A DNA stretch of 64,000 nucleotides, taken from NCBI GenBank assembly GCA_963555985.3, contig OY820591.1, positions 3,040,001 through 3,104,000 on the forward strand. The letters run 5' to 3'. The position numbers and the translations under genes are program-made. The stretch is from Dehalococcoidia bacterium. GTDB taxonomy: Bacteria > Chloroflexota > Dehalococcoidia > Bin125. Below, in pieces: positions 47,557 through 55,977 of the stretch. The notes beneath the pieces are model-generated. The model made no database searches, was not told the DNA's origin, and saw only the letters and a list, made by a program, of their open reading frames with translations. The first letter of the stretch is position 1. Each line of letters starts with the position of its first letter.

Positions 47557-48978
47557 CTAACCCAGCCCAGCCGTATCCAGCTGATGTAGACGCAACATCT
47601 CCGCTACTACTGATCGCACTCGCTCGAAATCCGAAGGTTTCCGTCCCTCGAACACCACGGTCAGATACGGCGTCGTGTTCGACGCTCGAATGATTGCCCA
47701 GGCGCCCTCCGCGACGCTTGACAGGTCAATCCGCGCCCCGTCGATCTCGTTCACCGGCCAACGCTCGCGCGCATAGGCGGTGATCCAGTCGACCATCTCG
47801 AACTTGCGCTCATCGGCGCAGGCGATCTTGATCTCCGGTGAGATTTCGTAGCTCGGAATCCGCCCGATCCGCTCGTCCAACGACCCGCGCGAGGCGAGCT
47901 GCGCGATTCGGCAGGCGGTGCGCACGGCGTCGTCGGTGATGTGGGGCGGATCGTCGATTTGGTGAAAGTAGTGCGTGCTCGCTTCGCCGCCGAAGGCGAT
48001 CTGGTTGCGTTGCATCGCGTGTTTGCCCAGCGAGTGCCCCACCGGTCCGAAGATCGCCCGTCCGCCCTGCTGATGGATCGCGTCGATCACCGCTTGGGAG
48101 GTCTTGACGTCGATGTGAATGTCCGAGTTGGGACGGCGTTCGAGCCAGTCGCAGGCGAGCAAGGCCAGCACCGCGTCGGGCGCGACCCGGACTCCGCGCC
48201 CGTCGACCAGACCGATCCGGTCTCCGTCGCCGTCGAAGGCGAAACCGAGATCAGCTCCCACTGCGGAGACAAATGCGGCAAGTTGGCTCATGTTCTCCGC
48301 GTGCTGCGGATCGGCGGCGTGCGTGGGATTGGGGTCGTTCAGGTCGTCGTTGATCGCCTGCACCTCAGCCCCGCAAGCCCGCAACGCCCGCGCCGCCGTC
48401 AACGATGTCACCCCATTACCCGGATCAACGACAATGCGCAGCGGACGGGCGAGCGGGTAAGTCTTGGCCAGTGATGCGACGTACTGAGGGATCGGGTCCC
48501 AGTTCTGGATGCGGCCGCGCTCGTACGGTACCGCCGAGATTCCACGCTCGATTCGGAGGCCAATCTCCCGGATCAACTCGGGCAGGACCGGCGTTCCCCC
48601 CGGCTCAAGCAGCTTGATCCCGTTGTCGGCGGGTGGATTGTGGGAAGCGGTGATCGCGATCCCGCCCGTCGCGCGTTCGCCGCTCAGCTCCGCCGCCGCC
48701 CAATAGACCAGCGGCGAGGGCGCGCGCCGAATATCAACGACCTCGACTCTGGCTTCACGCAGACCGCTGCTGGCCGCCTTCTTGAGACTTGGCGTGGTGT
48801 GGCGCTGATCTCCGCCGATCACGGCGCGATCCGTGTCCCAACGCTCGCGCAGCAGCTCTCCGTAGGTTCGCGCGATGGCGTGCGCGAGCTCAGGCGTGAG
48901 CTGCGCGTTGTCGCCTGCGGCGCGACCGCGAATGTCGTAGGCGCGAAAGATCGTCCAGGGCACGGAAATCGGCTTCAT
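47557..48978 (-). CDS. Phosphomannomutase/phosphoglucomutase
   Basis: IFRAYDIRG, TASHNP, FDGDGDR, GGEAS.H. Confidence 0.92.
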   Translation of the reverse strand: MKPISVPWTIFRAYDIRGRAAGDNAQLTPELAHAIARTYGELLRERWDTDRAVIGGDQRHTTPSLKKAASSGLREARVEVVDIRRAPSPLVYWAAAELSGERATGGIAITASHNPPADNGIKLLEPGGTPVLPELIREIGLRIERGISAVPYERGRIQNWDPIPQYVASLAKTYPLARPLRIVVDPGNGVTSLTAARALRACGAEVQAINDDLNDPNPTHAADPQHAENMSQLAAFVSAVGADLGFAFDGDGDRIGLVDGRGVRVAPDAVLALLACDWLERRPNSDIHIDVKTSQAVIDAIHQQGGRAIFGPVGHSLGKHAMQRNQIAFGGEASTHYFHQIDDPPHITDDAVRTACRIAQLASRGSLDERIGRIPSYEISPEIKIACADERKFEMVDWITAYARERWPVNEIDGARIDLSSVAEGAWAIIRASNTTPYLTVVFEGRKPSDFERVRSVVAEMLRLHQLDTAGLG

Positions 48979-49023
48979 GGTTGTCTAGGCTACGCCCGCG
49001 AGGGCTTTGACGAACGGGAGGCG

Positions 49024-49704
49024 ATGGTGGAGTCGATCGATCAGGAACGCGCACTCTTCCGCTTCCTCAGCAAATCCGCCCGCAAGGGCGAACTGGCGGA
49101 GCGCAACGGCGCGCTGGCGCGTTTCGGACCTGATGCGGGCGAGGTTGACCTGGACACGGTTGCAACGGCAATGCAGGCGCGGATCGAGTCGATCTACGAG
49201 GATGCACCACCGCTCTCGCTGCTGCTGACGGACGCAAATGCGGAGCAGTTGGCCTCGATCCGCGCCTACGACTGGGTGCCGGTCGGCATCTACGTCTTCG
49301 GCCTGCCCGCTACCAAGACCCGCTCCGGCACCGCCGAGAGCACCGCGCACCGCAATCTCAAGGAGTGGGTCGCCGCCAACCCCGAACGGGTCGGAGCGCC
49401 CAGCCGAGCCTGGGCCATCACCGAGCGCTGGTTCCCCTCCGGCGACGAGTCGGATGTGGCGTTTCTGACCGAGAATGAGGCGCTGGTGGTGGAGGTACGC
49501 CCGTCTGGGGCGCACGAGCACGAGTTGAGGCAAGCCGTGTTCGCGCTGGTCAAGTTCCGCGCGGTGATCGAGGCGGAATCGCTGTTGATGGGCATCGAGG
49601 ATTCGGTGCGGGTAATGCTGGTCACGCCCGATGCGGTTTCGGAGACCGTGACCGCATTGGCCGAGCAGTTGTCGGTTGAGGTGCTGATTGCAGGGCCGCA
49701 CTAG
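49024..49704 (+). CDS. Hypothetical protein with C-terminal PD-(D/E)xK-like nuclease fold
   Basis: ESTAHRNLKEWVAANP...E.WFPSGDESDV...VVEVR...FALVKFRA. Confidence 0.6.
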   Translation: MVESIDQERALFRFLSKSARKGELAERNGALARFGPDAGEVDLDTVATAMQARIESIYEDAPPLSLLLTDANAEQLASIRAYDWVPVGIYVFGLPATKTRSGTAESTAHRNLKEWVAANPERVGAPSRAWAITERWFPSGDESDVAFLTENEALVVEVRPSGAHEHELRQAVFALVKFRAVIEAESLLMGIEDSVRVMLVTPDAVSETVTALAEQLSVEVLIAGPH

Positions 49705-51152
49705 TCGATCCACTGCGGCCCGATCAGTGGCGGCGCACTGATCTGTTCGATTGCTCCGACTTCGGAATAGCGCTCTAAGACTTCGAGCAACTCCTCGCTC
49801 AGGCGTTGGTAGGACGCTTCATCATCCGTCTCAAAACGAAGACTCAGCGCCGGCGCCGTGTTCGACGGACGCGCGTGAACCCAGCCGTCCGCGAACGTGA
49901 TCCGCGCTCCATCGGAGCGATCGATCTTCGTGTGTGCCCGCTTGGCGAAGTGATCGCCGATTGCGTCCGCGATTGCCGCCTTGCGCTGATCGGGGCAAGG
50001 CAGGCGCAGTTCCGGCGAGATCGGACGGGCGCGGATCTCGGCGAAGTGCTCGGCCAGCGAGCGCCCGCTGCGAGCGAGCAAGTCGGTCAGGGCGCAGGCC
50101 GCATAGACGCCGTCGTCGAGCCAGGGATACCGTTCGCCTGCTCGATATTCGGGGCCAAAGATGATGTGTCCGCTGGTCTCGCCGCCGAACGCGATCCGTT
50201 CCGCTCGCATCCGCCGCCGCGCGAAGGAGTAGCCCGTGCGCTCGAAGAGCGGCTGTCCGCCATGCCGCGAGATGTACTCGGCAGCGCTCGTCGAAGTCTT
50301 GCGATCCAGCAGAATCGCCGCTCCCGGCTCGTGCTCAAGCAGCGGACGCGCCAGCAGGGCGCTCAGCCAATCCGCCTCATAGCGCCGCCCCAGATGATCG
50401 AGCACGCCGATCCGATCCCCGTCCCCGTCCCAGGCGATGCCGCAGTCGAGCCCGAGCCTGCGCACGGCGCGGGCGAGCGGTTGCGTCGTTTGCGGGTCTT
50501 GCGGATCGGCGTGGTGATTGGGCGCGCCTGCGCGCGGGATCGTATGTAGGGCATGGACGCTCGCGCCGGCGCTCTGAAGCGCGCGCGCTCCCGTCAGACA
50601 GGGTGCCCCATTGCCCGGATCAACGCCGACGCGAAGCCCGCCCGCCTCCCCGAAGCGGTCGGCCAGCATCTCCAGATAGGGAGACAGGGCGTCAACCTCT
50701 GTTCGTTCGCCCCGAACTGCGAGCTGTTCCGCCCCGACCGCCCCAGCCAAGTCCGCGACTGCCGCGATCTCGTCCGGCAAGAGCGGGGCTGCCTCTGCCC
50801 CAATCAGCTTGAACCCGTTGAACTCCGGCGGATTGTGACTGGCCGTCACCACCAGCCCGCCCCCCGCCCCAAGCCGATCAACCGTCCAGCCCACAACCGG
50901 AGTCGGCGCAAGCCCTACCGCATACACATCAAGACCAGCGCCCAGCGCCCCCTCAAGCGCCGCCGCATAGAGCATTGGCGACGTAGCCCGAGTGTCGTGC
51001 CCAATCACAACAGTCTGAGCGCCCAGCCGACGCACCCACTGAGCAAACGCCGCCCCAATCCGCCAGGCGCCCGCTTCGTCAATCTCCGCCGGAGCCAGTC
51101 CGCGAATGTCATAAGCCCGAAAGATGTGGCGCGGAAGCTGAGCGGAAGCCAT
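49701..51152 (-). CDS. Phosphomannomutase/phosphoglucomutase, second paralog
   Basis: IFRAYDIRG, TASHNP, WDGDGDR, GGETSGH. Confidence 0.92.
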   Translation of the reverse strand: MASAQLPRHIFRAYDIRGLAPAEIDEAGAWRIGAAFAQWVRRLGAQTVVIGHDTRATSPMLYAAALEGALGAGLDVYAVGLAPTPVVGWTVDRLGAGGGLVVTASHNPPEFNGFKLIGAEAAPLLPDEIAAVADLAGAVGAEQLAVRGERTEVDALSPYLEMLADRFGEAGGLRVGVDPGNGAPCLTGARALQSAGASVHALHTIPRAGAPNHHADPQDPQTTQPLARAVRRLGLDCGIAWDGDGDRIGVLDHLGRRYEADWLSALLARPLLEHEPGAAILLDRKTSTSAAEYISRHGGQPLFERTGYSFARRRMRAERIAFGGETSGHIIFGPEYRAGERYPWLDDGVYAACALTDLLARSGRSLAEHFAEIRARPISPELRLPCPDQRKAAIADAIGDHFAKRAHTKIDRSDGARITFADGWVHARPSNTAPALSLRFETDDEASYQRLSEELLEVLERYSEVGAIEQISAPPLIGPQWID

Positions 51153-51259
51153 ACTCCCACTCTACGAAGAAGCACCGGAACAACGGACAGGTGACCGAGA
51201 CCGTCGCCAGCCGACCGCCGCCAACGGCTACGCTTCGCCTGTATGAACGGAGACCCGAC

Positions 51260-52228
51260 ATGGCTTCAATCGAAGCAATGACCACTGCCGCGACCGCCTT
51301 CGTCGCCAGTCTTGACGATCAGCAGCGCGCCAAGACCGTCTACGACTACCTCGATGGCGAGCGCATCTTCTGGTACTACCCGCCCACCAACCGCCACGGG
51401 CTGCCGCTGCGCGACATGACCGCATCCCAGCGCGAACTCGCCTACGAACTCATGCGCGCCGGACTCTCGGAACGAGCCGCGCGTCAGGCCGAGCAGATCA
51501 TTGACCTCGAAATCATCCTCGGCGAGATCGAGACCGGCGCGGGCATCAAGACCTTCGTGCGCGACCCGGAGCTCTACTACTGGACCATCTTCGGCGACCC
51601 CGCCGGTACCGACACGCCCTGGGGTTGGCGCGTCGAGGGGCATCACATCTCGCTCAACTACAGCCTCTGGGATAACCAACTGCTCTCGATCACCCCGTTC
51701 TTCTTCGGCTCCAACCCGGCCGAAGTGCGGCACGGGCCGCAGCAGGGACTGCGCATCCTCGATCAGCGCGAAGACCTCGCCTACGAGCTGATGCGCGCGC
51801 TCGACGGGGAACAAGCCGAGCAAGCCACCATCTATCCCGAAGCGCCCTGGGACATCCTCACCTTCAACGCCTCCCGCGCCGTCTTGCCCGCCTACCAGGG
51901 ACTCCCGGCCGCCGAGATGGACGCCGATCAGCAGGCATTGCTGCGCCGCCTGGTTGATCTCTACGTCGATCAGGCCGCGCCCGAACTCGCCGCCGACCGC
52001 CGCGCCAAGATCGCCGCCGCCGGCTTCGATGGTATGCACTGGGCCTGGGCCGGACCCGTCGCCGACGGCGAGCCGCATTACTATCGGATTCACGGCGGCG
52101 ATTTCGTCGTCGAATTCGACAACCGCCAGAACGGCGCCAACCACATCCACTCAGTCTGGCGCGATGTGGAGAACGACTTCGCCAACGACGTCCTCGGCGA
52201 GCACCTGCTCCTCTACCACGTGCTCTAG
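51260..52228 (+). CDS. DUF3500 domain protein
   Basis: RDPELYY.TIFG.P, WGWRVEGHHISLN, HYYRIHG, ANHIHSVWRD.ENDF. Confidence 0.88.
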   Translation: MASIEAMTTAATAFVASLDDQQRAKTVYDYLDGERIFWYYPPTNRHGLPLRDMTASQRELAYELMRAGLSERAARQAEQIIDLEIILGEIETGAGIKTFVRDPELYYWTIFGDPAGTDTPWGWRVEGHHISLNYSLWDNQLLSITPFFFGSNPAEVRHGPQQGLRILDQREDLAYELMRALDGEQAEQATIYPEAPWDILTFNASRAVLPAYQGLPAAEMDADQQALLRRLVDLYVDQAAPELAADRRAKIAAAGFDGMHWAWAGPVADGEPHYYRIHGGDFVVEFDNRQNGANHIHSVWRDVENDFANDVLGEHLLLYHVL

Positions 52229-52237
52229 CCGCTCATG

Positions 52238-52332
52238 CCGTCATACCCGCGCTTGCCGCGGGCATTTCGCCGCGTTCTGCACCCTCGTCGCCAGCACATC
52301 GAGATTGCCGCGGCGGAGCGCGGCAATGACGG
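52238..52332. repeat. Family B REP/REPIN-like element
   Basis: ccgtcatacccgcgcttgccgcggg...gagattgccgcggcggagcgcggcaatgacgg. Confidence 0.85.
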
Positions 52333-52360
52333 AGATAGACATCCTGGAGGGAAGTAGGGA

Positions 52361-52702
52361 ATGTTCCACTACGAACGCGAGAGCCGAACCCCCCACTCGG
52401 AGTGCTACCTGATCGAAAATGAGACGGGCAGCCGCGCCCGCGTCGACCTCCACTTCGCGCCGCCGCTGGTCTACGCCACCCTCTGCGTGCCCGAAGCCTG
52501 GGCCGAAGAGGACATCCAGGACGTGATCGTGGACATTGACGATCGGCTCGCCAGCACCGCCGAGCCACTCCGCGAAGACCTGATCGTCACGGTCTGGCGC
52601 GGAGTCGAAGTCGGCGTCTATTCACAGGAAGAACCCGGAGAGCGCGACGGCGCGGCGTCGGACGGCCTCTCCGCCGATGCGTTGGGAGTCTTGAATGGCT
52701 GA
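52361..52702 (+). CDS. Small acidic hypothetical protein
   Basis: Purine-rich RBS; ERESRTPHSE.Y...RVDLHF...IDDRL...VTVW.G; overlaps the next gene. Confidence 0.75.
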   Translation: MFHYERESRTPHSECYLIENETGSRARVDLHFAPPLVYATLCVPEAWAEEDIQDVIVDIDDRLASTAEPLREDLIVTVWRGVEVGVYSQEEPGERDGAASDGLSADALGVLNG

Positions 52703-53114
52703 CGAGGCGACACCGGGCGTTGAGAACGAGCGCGAAGTCGCCGACGCGCTCTCACTCCTGTTCGACGGACACGTCGATCAGATGATGCCGCCGGAGGAGA
52801 TCGGCGAGTTCCACGACTTCATCCGCGAAGAGGCGCTGATGCGCCGACGCTTCGCCGTCTCCTTTCGGCTCGAATGCCGCTGTCTCGCCTGGATCGGCTA
52901 CTCGCTCGCCAACGTCGTCACCCACGAGGACGGAATCGAGTTCAACGCCCGCCCAATGCAGACCTACGTCCCCGATCACGAACCCGACGTCGAACACCCC
53001 GAAGGCGCCACCGAAGACCCGCCCGAACAGTTCCTCGAATGGCCGATCTGGCCGCTCGAGATCTACCAGGACGAGCTGGAAGAGGAAGAAGACGAAGACT
53101 GGGACGAGGAATGA
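52695..53114 (+). CDS. Small acidic hypothetical protein
   Basis: Overlaps both neighbours; very acidic C-terminal tail. Confidence 0.7.
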   Translation: MADEATPGVENEREVADALSLLFDGHVDQMMPPEEIGEFHDFIREEALMRRRFAVSFRLECRCLAWIGYSLANVVTHEDGIEFNARPMQTYVPDHEPDVEHPEGATEDPPEQFLEWPIWPLEIYQDELEEEEDEDWDEE

Positions 53115-53842
53115 GCGCAGCCAACAGCCGCTTCGCCGCTGTCTTCTTCGACTTGGACGGTACCCTCGTCAGCGAACGGATCGGCGTCCGCGAAGCCCGA
53201 ACCGCCGTCGCTGCGCGCATGATCGAACTCGGCGTCTGGGATCGCCCTGCCGACGCCTTCGCCGATCTGGTCGAAGCCACAATCCAGGACATCCTCCACG
53301 ACAACGACTGGCACTGGCCGCCTTGGCTCAGCTCGGAAGAGTGGCTGCGGCGCACCCTGGCCGCCGGAGAAGTCGAGCTCTACGGCGACGAACTGACCGA
53401 GCTGAGCCGGCTCTACCGCAAGCAGCGCATCGCCCGCGCCGCCGCGATCGCCGGCTGGCAGGCAGCGTTGGAGGCCGCCCGAGCGCACGGCCCAATCGGC
53501 GTGATCACCAACTTCTCCGACGGCGAGATGCAGCGCGACAAGATCGCCTCCGCCGGCCTGGCCGGACAGTTCGACGGCGTCTTCATCTCCGGCGAAGTCG
53601 GCATCGCCAAGCCCGAACCGGGCATCTTCGAGCACGCCTGCCAAGCGTTCGGCGTGCCAATGAGCGATTGCGTCCACATCGGCAACTCCGTCATCTCCGA
53701 CGTCGACGGCGCCCTCGCCGCCGGCATGACCGCCGTCCTGGTCGAAGAGGACGATCGCGAACGTCCCCAAGACCTCAACGGAGAGGTCGTCTGGTGCGAG
53801 GATCTATACGCGGTAGCGGGGTGGCTCGGGGTTGAGGGGTGA
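53111..53842 (+). CDS. HAD-superfamily hydrolase
   Basis: FDLDGTL, ITN, KPEPGIF, IGNS..SDV.GA. Confidence 0.9.
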   Translation: MSAANSRFAAVFFDLDGTLVSERIGVREARTAVAARMIELGVWDRPADAFADLVEATIQDILHDNDWHWPPWLSSEEWLRRTLAAGEVELYGDELTELSRLYRKQRIARAAAIAGWQAALEAARAHGPIGVITNFSDGEMQRDKIASAGLAGQFDGVFISGEVGIAKPEPGIFEHACQAFGVPMSDCVHIGNSVISDVDGALAAGMTAVLVEEDDRERPQDLNGEVVWCEDLYAVAGWLGVEG

Positions 53843-54180
53843 GCGAAGATCGTCCGCGGCCGTGGGAGGGCCTCACGATTAGCGAGAGCGGGCTGCAAAA
53901 GATCAACCAGCGAGGCTACACCCTTGATGATGCAGAGGCCGTGCATGAACGCGATCCGTTCTGGGCCTGGCAAGAAGAAGGCGAGTACGTGGACGGGAGT
54001 GGCCACCTGGTCCGAACAAAGCCGCGCTGGCGCATGGTCGGTCGCGGGCCAAGAGGCGTGATCTTGTCGGTGGTCATTGAATTGCCAGGGGCAAGCGGAA
54101 CATCGGAGGTGGTATCGATCTTCGAGGCGTCGGCTCAGGATCAGGTTCGCTACGCTCTGTGGAGAAGGAGAAGGCGATGA
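53839..54180 (+). CDS. Possible BrnT/RelE-fold toxin
   Basis: K...RGYTLDDAEAV...RWRMVGR...G.ILSVV...VVS.FEAS..D..RY. Confidence 0.55.
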   Translation: MSEDRPRPWEGLTISESGLQKINQRGYTLDDAEAVHERDPFWAWQEEGEYVDGSGHLVRTKPRWRMVGRGPRGVILSVVIELPGASGTSEVVSIFEASAQDQVRYALWRRRRR

Positions 54181-54491
54181 CGGACTCTAGGCAAGCGTGG
54201 CTTGAGTCCCTCGATCCTCGCGTGCGTGCGGATGTTGAAGCTGAAATCGCGTTCTATGAAAACCCGGACAACTACGAACTAGTCGATTTCGATGACGATT
54301 GGGAACCGCCCAAAGAAGGCGGTATGGGACTGACAGTTGAGTTCAGCAGCGAGGAGATCAGAACGCTCTCGAAGGCATTCGGAGCGTCGGTGGAGATGTT
54401 CGAGATCATGCACGACACGCTCATGGAGCGAGCGCAGGTAATCCTGGCCGAGCGCGGCGATCCCGAGTCCGAGACCGTCGCGGCGGACTGA
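54177..54491 (+). CDS. Possible antitoxin (acidic)
   Basis: ATGA overlap with the upstream gene; EAEIAFYE...LTVEFSSEEIRTL. Confidence 0.5.
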   Translation: MTDSRQAWLESLDPRVRADVEAEIAFYENPDNYELVDFDDDWEPPKEGGMGLTVEFSSEEIRTLSKAFGASVEMFEIMHDTLMERAQVILAERGDPESETVAAD

Positions 54492-54504
54492 TCGCCGACC
54501 CGGC

Positions 54505-55872
54505 TTACTGCCCTTCGATGATCTCGACGAGACCGCGGCTAAAGCTTTGGGCGTCTCCCTCGCCGGCGATTAGGGCATTGAGCGCGATCGCGAACGGATC
54601 GTCGGGACCGAGCGCTTGCACGAACGACTGCGCAATCTGGATCAACGCGGCCGAGGTGAGCAGGCGGGTTTCCAACTGGATGTTGCGGCCCAGACCGGCG
54701 AAAGCGTCGATCGAGAACGCCTCTCCCCACGCCTTGCGCAGCGCCATCACGGTCAGGTAGGACTGCGTCTGCGGAGCATCGGTGATAGAGAACGCGAGCT
54801 CGCCGCTGAGCAGTGCGGAGAGCACGGGGAAGCCGAGTCCGACCGTGCCGAGGACGGGCGCTTCGTCGGAGACGACTGATTGCATCGACTCCAAGGCCAA
54901 GAGCGCCGTGTTCGCGTTGAGCGTGAGGATGGCCCCGACCTGGTGCTCGGCCAGGGCGGCAGCGATCGTGGCTGGGCGATCCGGCTCGTCGCTGATGTTG
55001 AGCGTATGCACGTCGCCCGTCCAGGCCGAGGCCAAGCCCTCGCAGCGCTCGGTCAGGCCGATGTTGACGGTTTCGTGAATGATGCAGAGCAGATCGCCTT
55101 CCACGCCCAGGTCGGCGAATGCGCGCGCGGCGGCGCGTCCCAACCCCGGTTCGTCCAGCGAGATGTGAGTGGAGATGCCGCGCACGAGGCTGCCGGAATT
55201 GAACGTGATCACGGCCACGCCCGCTTTCGAGGCTTCCTGGAGCGCCGGCACGACGGCCTCGGGATCGGCGATCGTGCTGGCGATGGCTTCCGCGCCGTCG
55301 GCGACGCATTGACGGATGGCGGCGGCCTGCTCGGGTCCGGTTTCGTTCATCGAGCCGCGCAGCCGCACGCCGAGCTGCTGCGCCGCAGTCAGTGCGCCGT
55401 TGTAGGCCGTCTGCCAGAAGAAGTCGTCCGGCGTGCCGTGCGTGACGAAGCAGAACAGCGTGTCGGGAGCGTGCTGTTCGGGCGAGGTGGAGGGCGTGTG
55501 GAAGCGGTAAGGGCCGAGCTCGCCGATGCCTGGATGAACCGCCGCAGCCGACGCAGAACCCACACCGACCGCGCTGCTGCTGTGCCACACATCGAGCTCG
55601 CGCTCCGCCGGCAGGAATCGGCGATCGGGAGTAGCCGTCATCCACTCCCCGGCCGCGTCGCGCGACTGCACCGACACTTCAATCCGCTCGTCCGCCCGCT
55701 CGCGCACGAGCACCCGAACCTGCGTCGTCCCGTCCGCATCTTCGGAGCGGGCGCTCTCCATCGGCAGCAAACCGGACAGCAGCACAGCGGCGACAGCCGC
55801 CGCCGTGAGCACGAAGCCAACGGCAATGCCCGCGAAGAAGCTGCGGCGCGGTAGACGAGCGTGCGGAGTCAT
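54505..55872 (-). CDS. Sugar-type periplasmic binding protein with extra N-terminal module
   Basis: FVTHG...DFFW, VITFNSG, ISLDE, ERCEG; RRSFF (Tat-like) signal. Confidence 0.82.
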   Translation of the reverse strand: MTPHARLPRRSFFAGIAVGFVLTAAAVAAVLLSGLLPMESARSEDADGTTQVRVLVRERADERIEVSVQSRDAAGEWMTATPDRRFLPAERELDVWHSSSAVGVGSASAAAVHPGIGELGPYRFHTPSTSPEQHAPDTLFCFVTHGTPDDFFWQTAYNGALTAAQQLGVRLRGSMNETGPEQAAAIRQCVADGAEAIASTIADPEAVVPALQEASKAGVAVITFNSGSLVRGISTHISLDEPGLGRAAARAFADLGVEGDLLCIIHETVNIGLTERCEGLASAWTGDVHTLNISDEPDRPATIAAALAEHQVGAILTLNANTALLALESMQSVVSDEAPVLGTVGLGFPVLSALLSGELAFSITDAPQTQSYLTVMALRKAWGEAFSIDAFAGLGRNIQLETRLLTSAALIQIAQSFVQALGPDDPFAIALNALIAGEGDAQSFSRGLVEIIEGQ

Positions 55873-55977
55873 ATCGAGCCTCAGGCAATCCGGCGGACTG
55901 GGACGGCCTCGCAACGAACGGCGACCGCGCAGTCAACGCCGGATCAGAATAAGGCCAAGCATCGCCCGCGACGGCGC

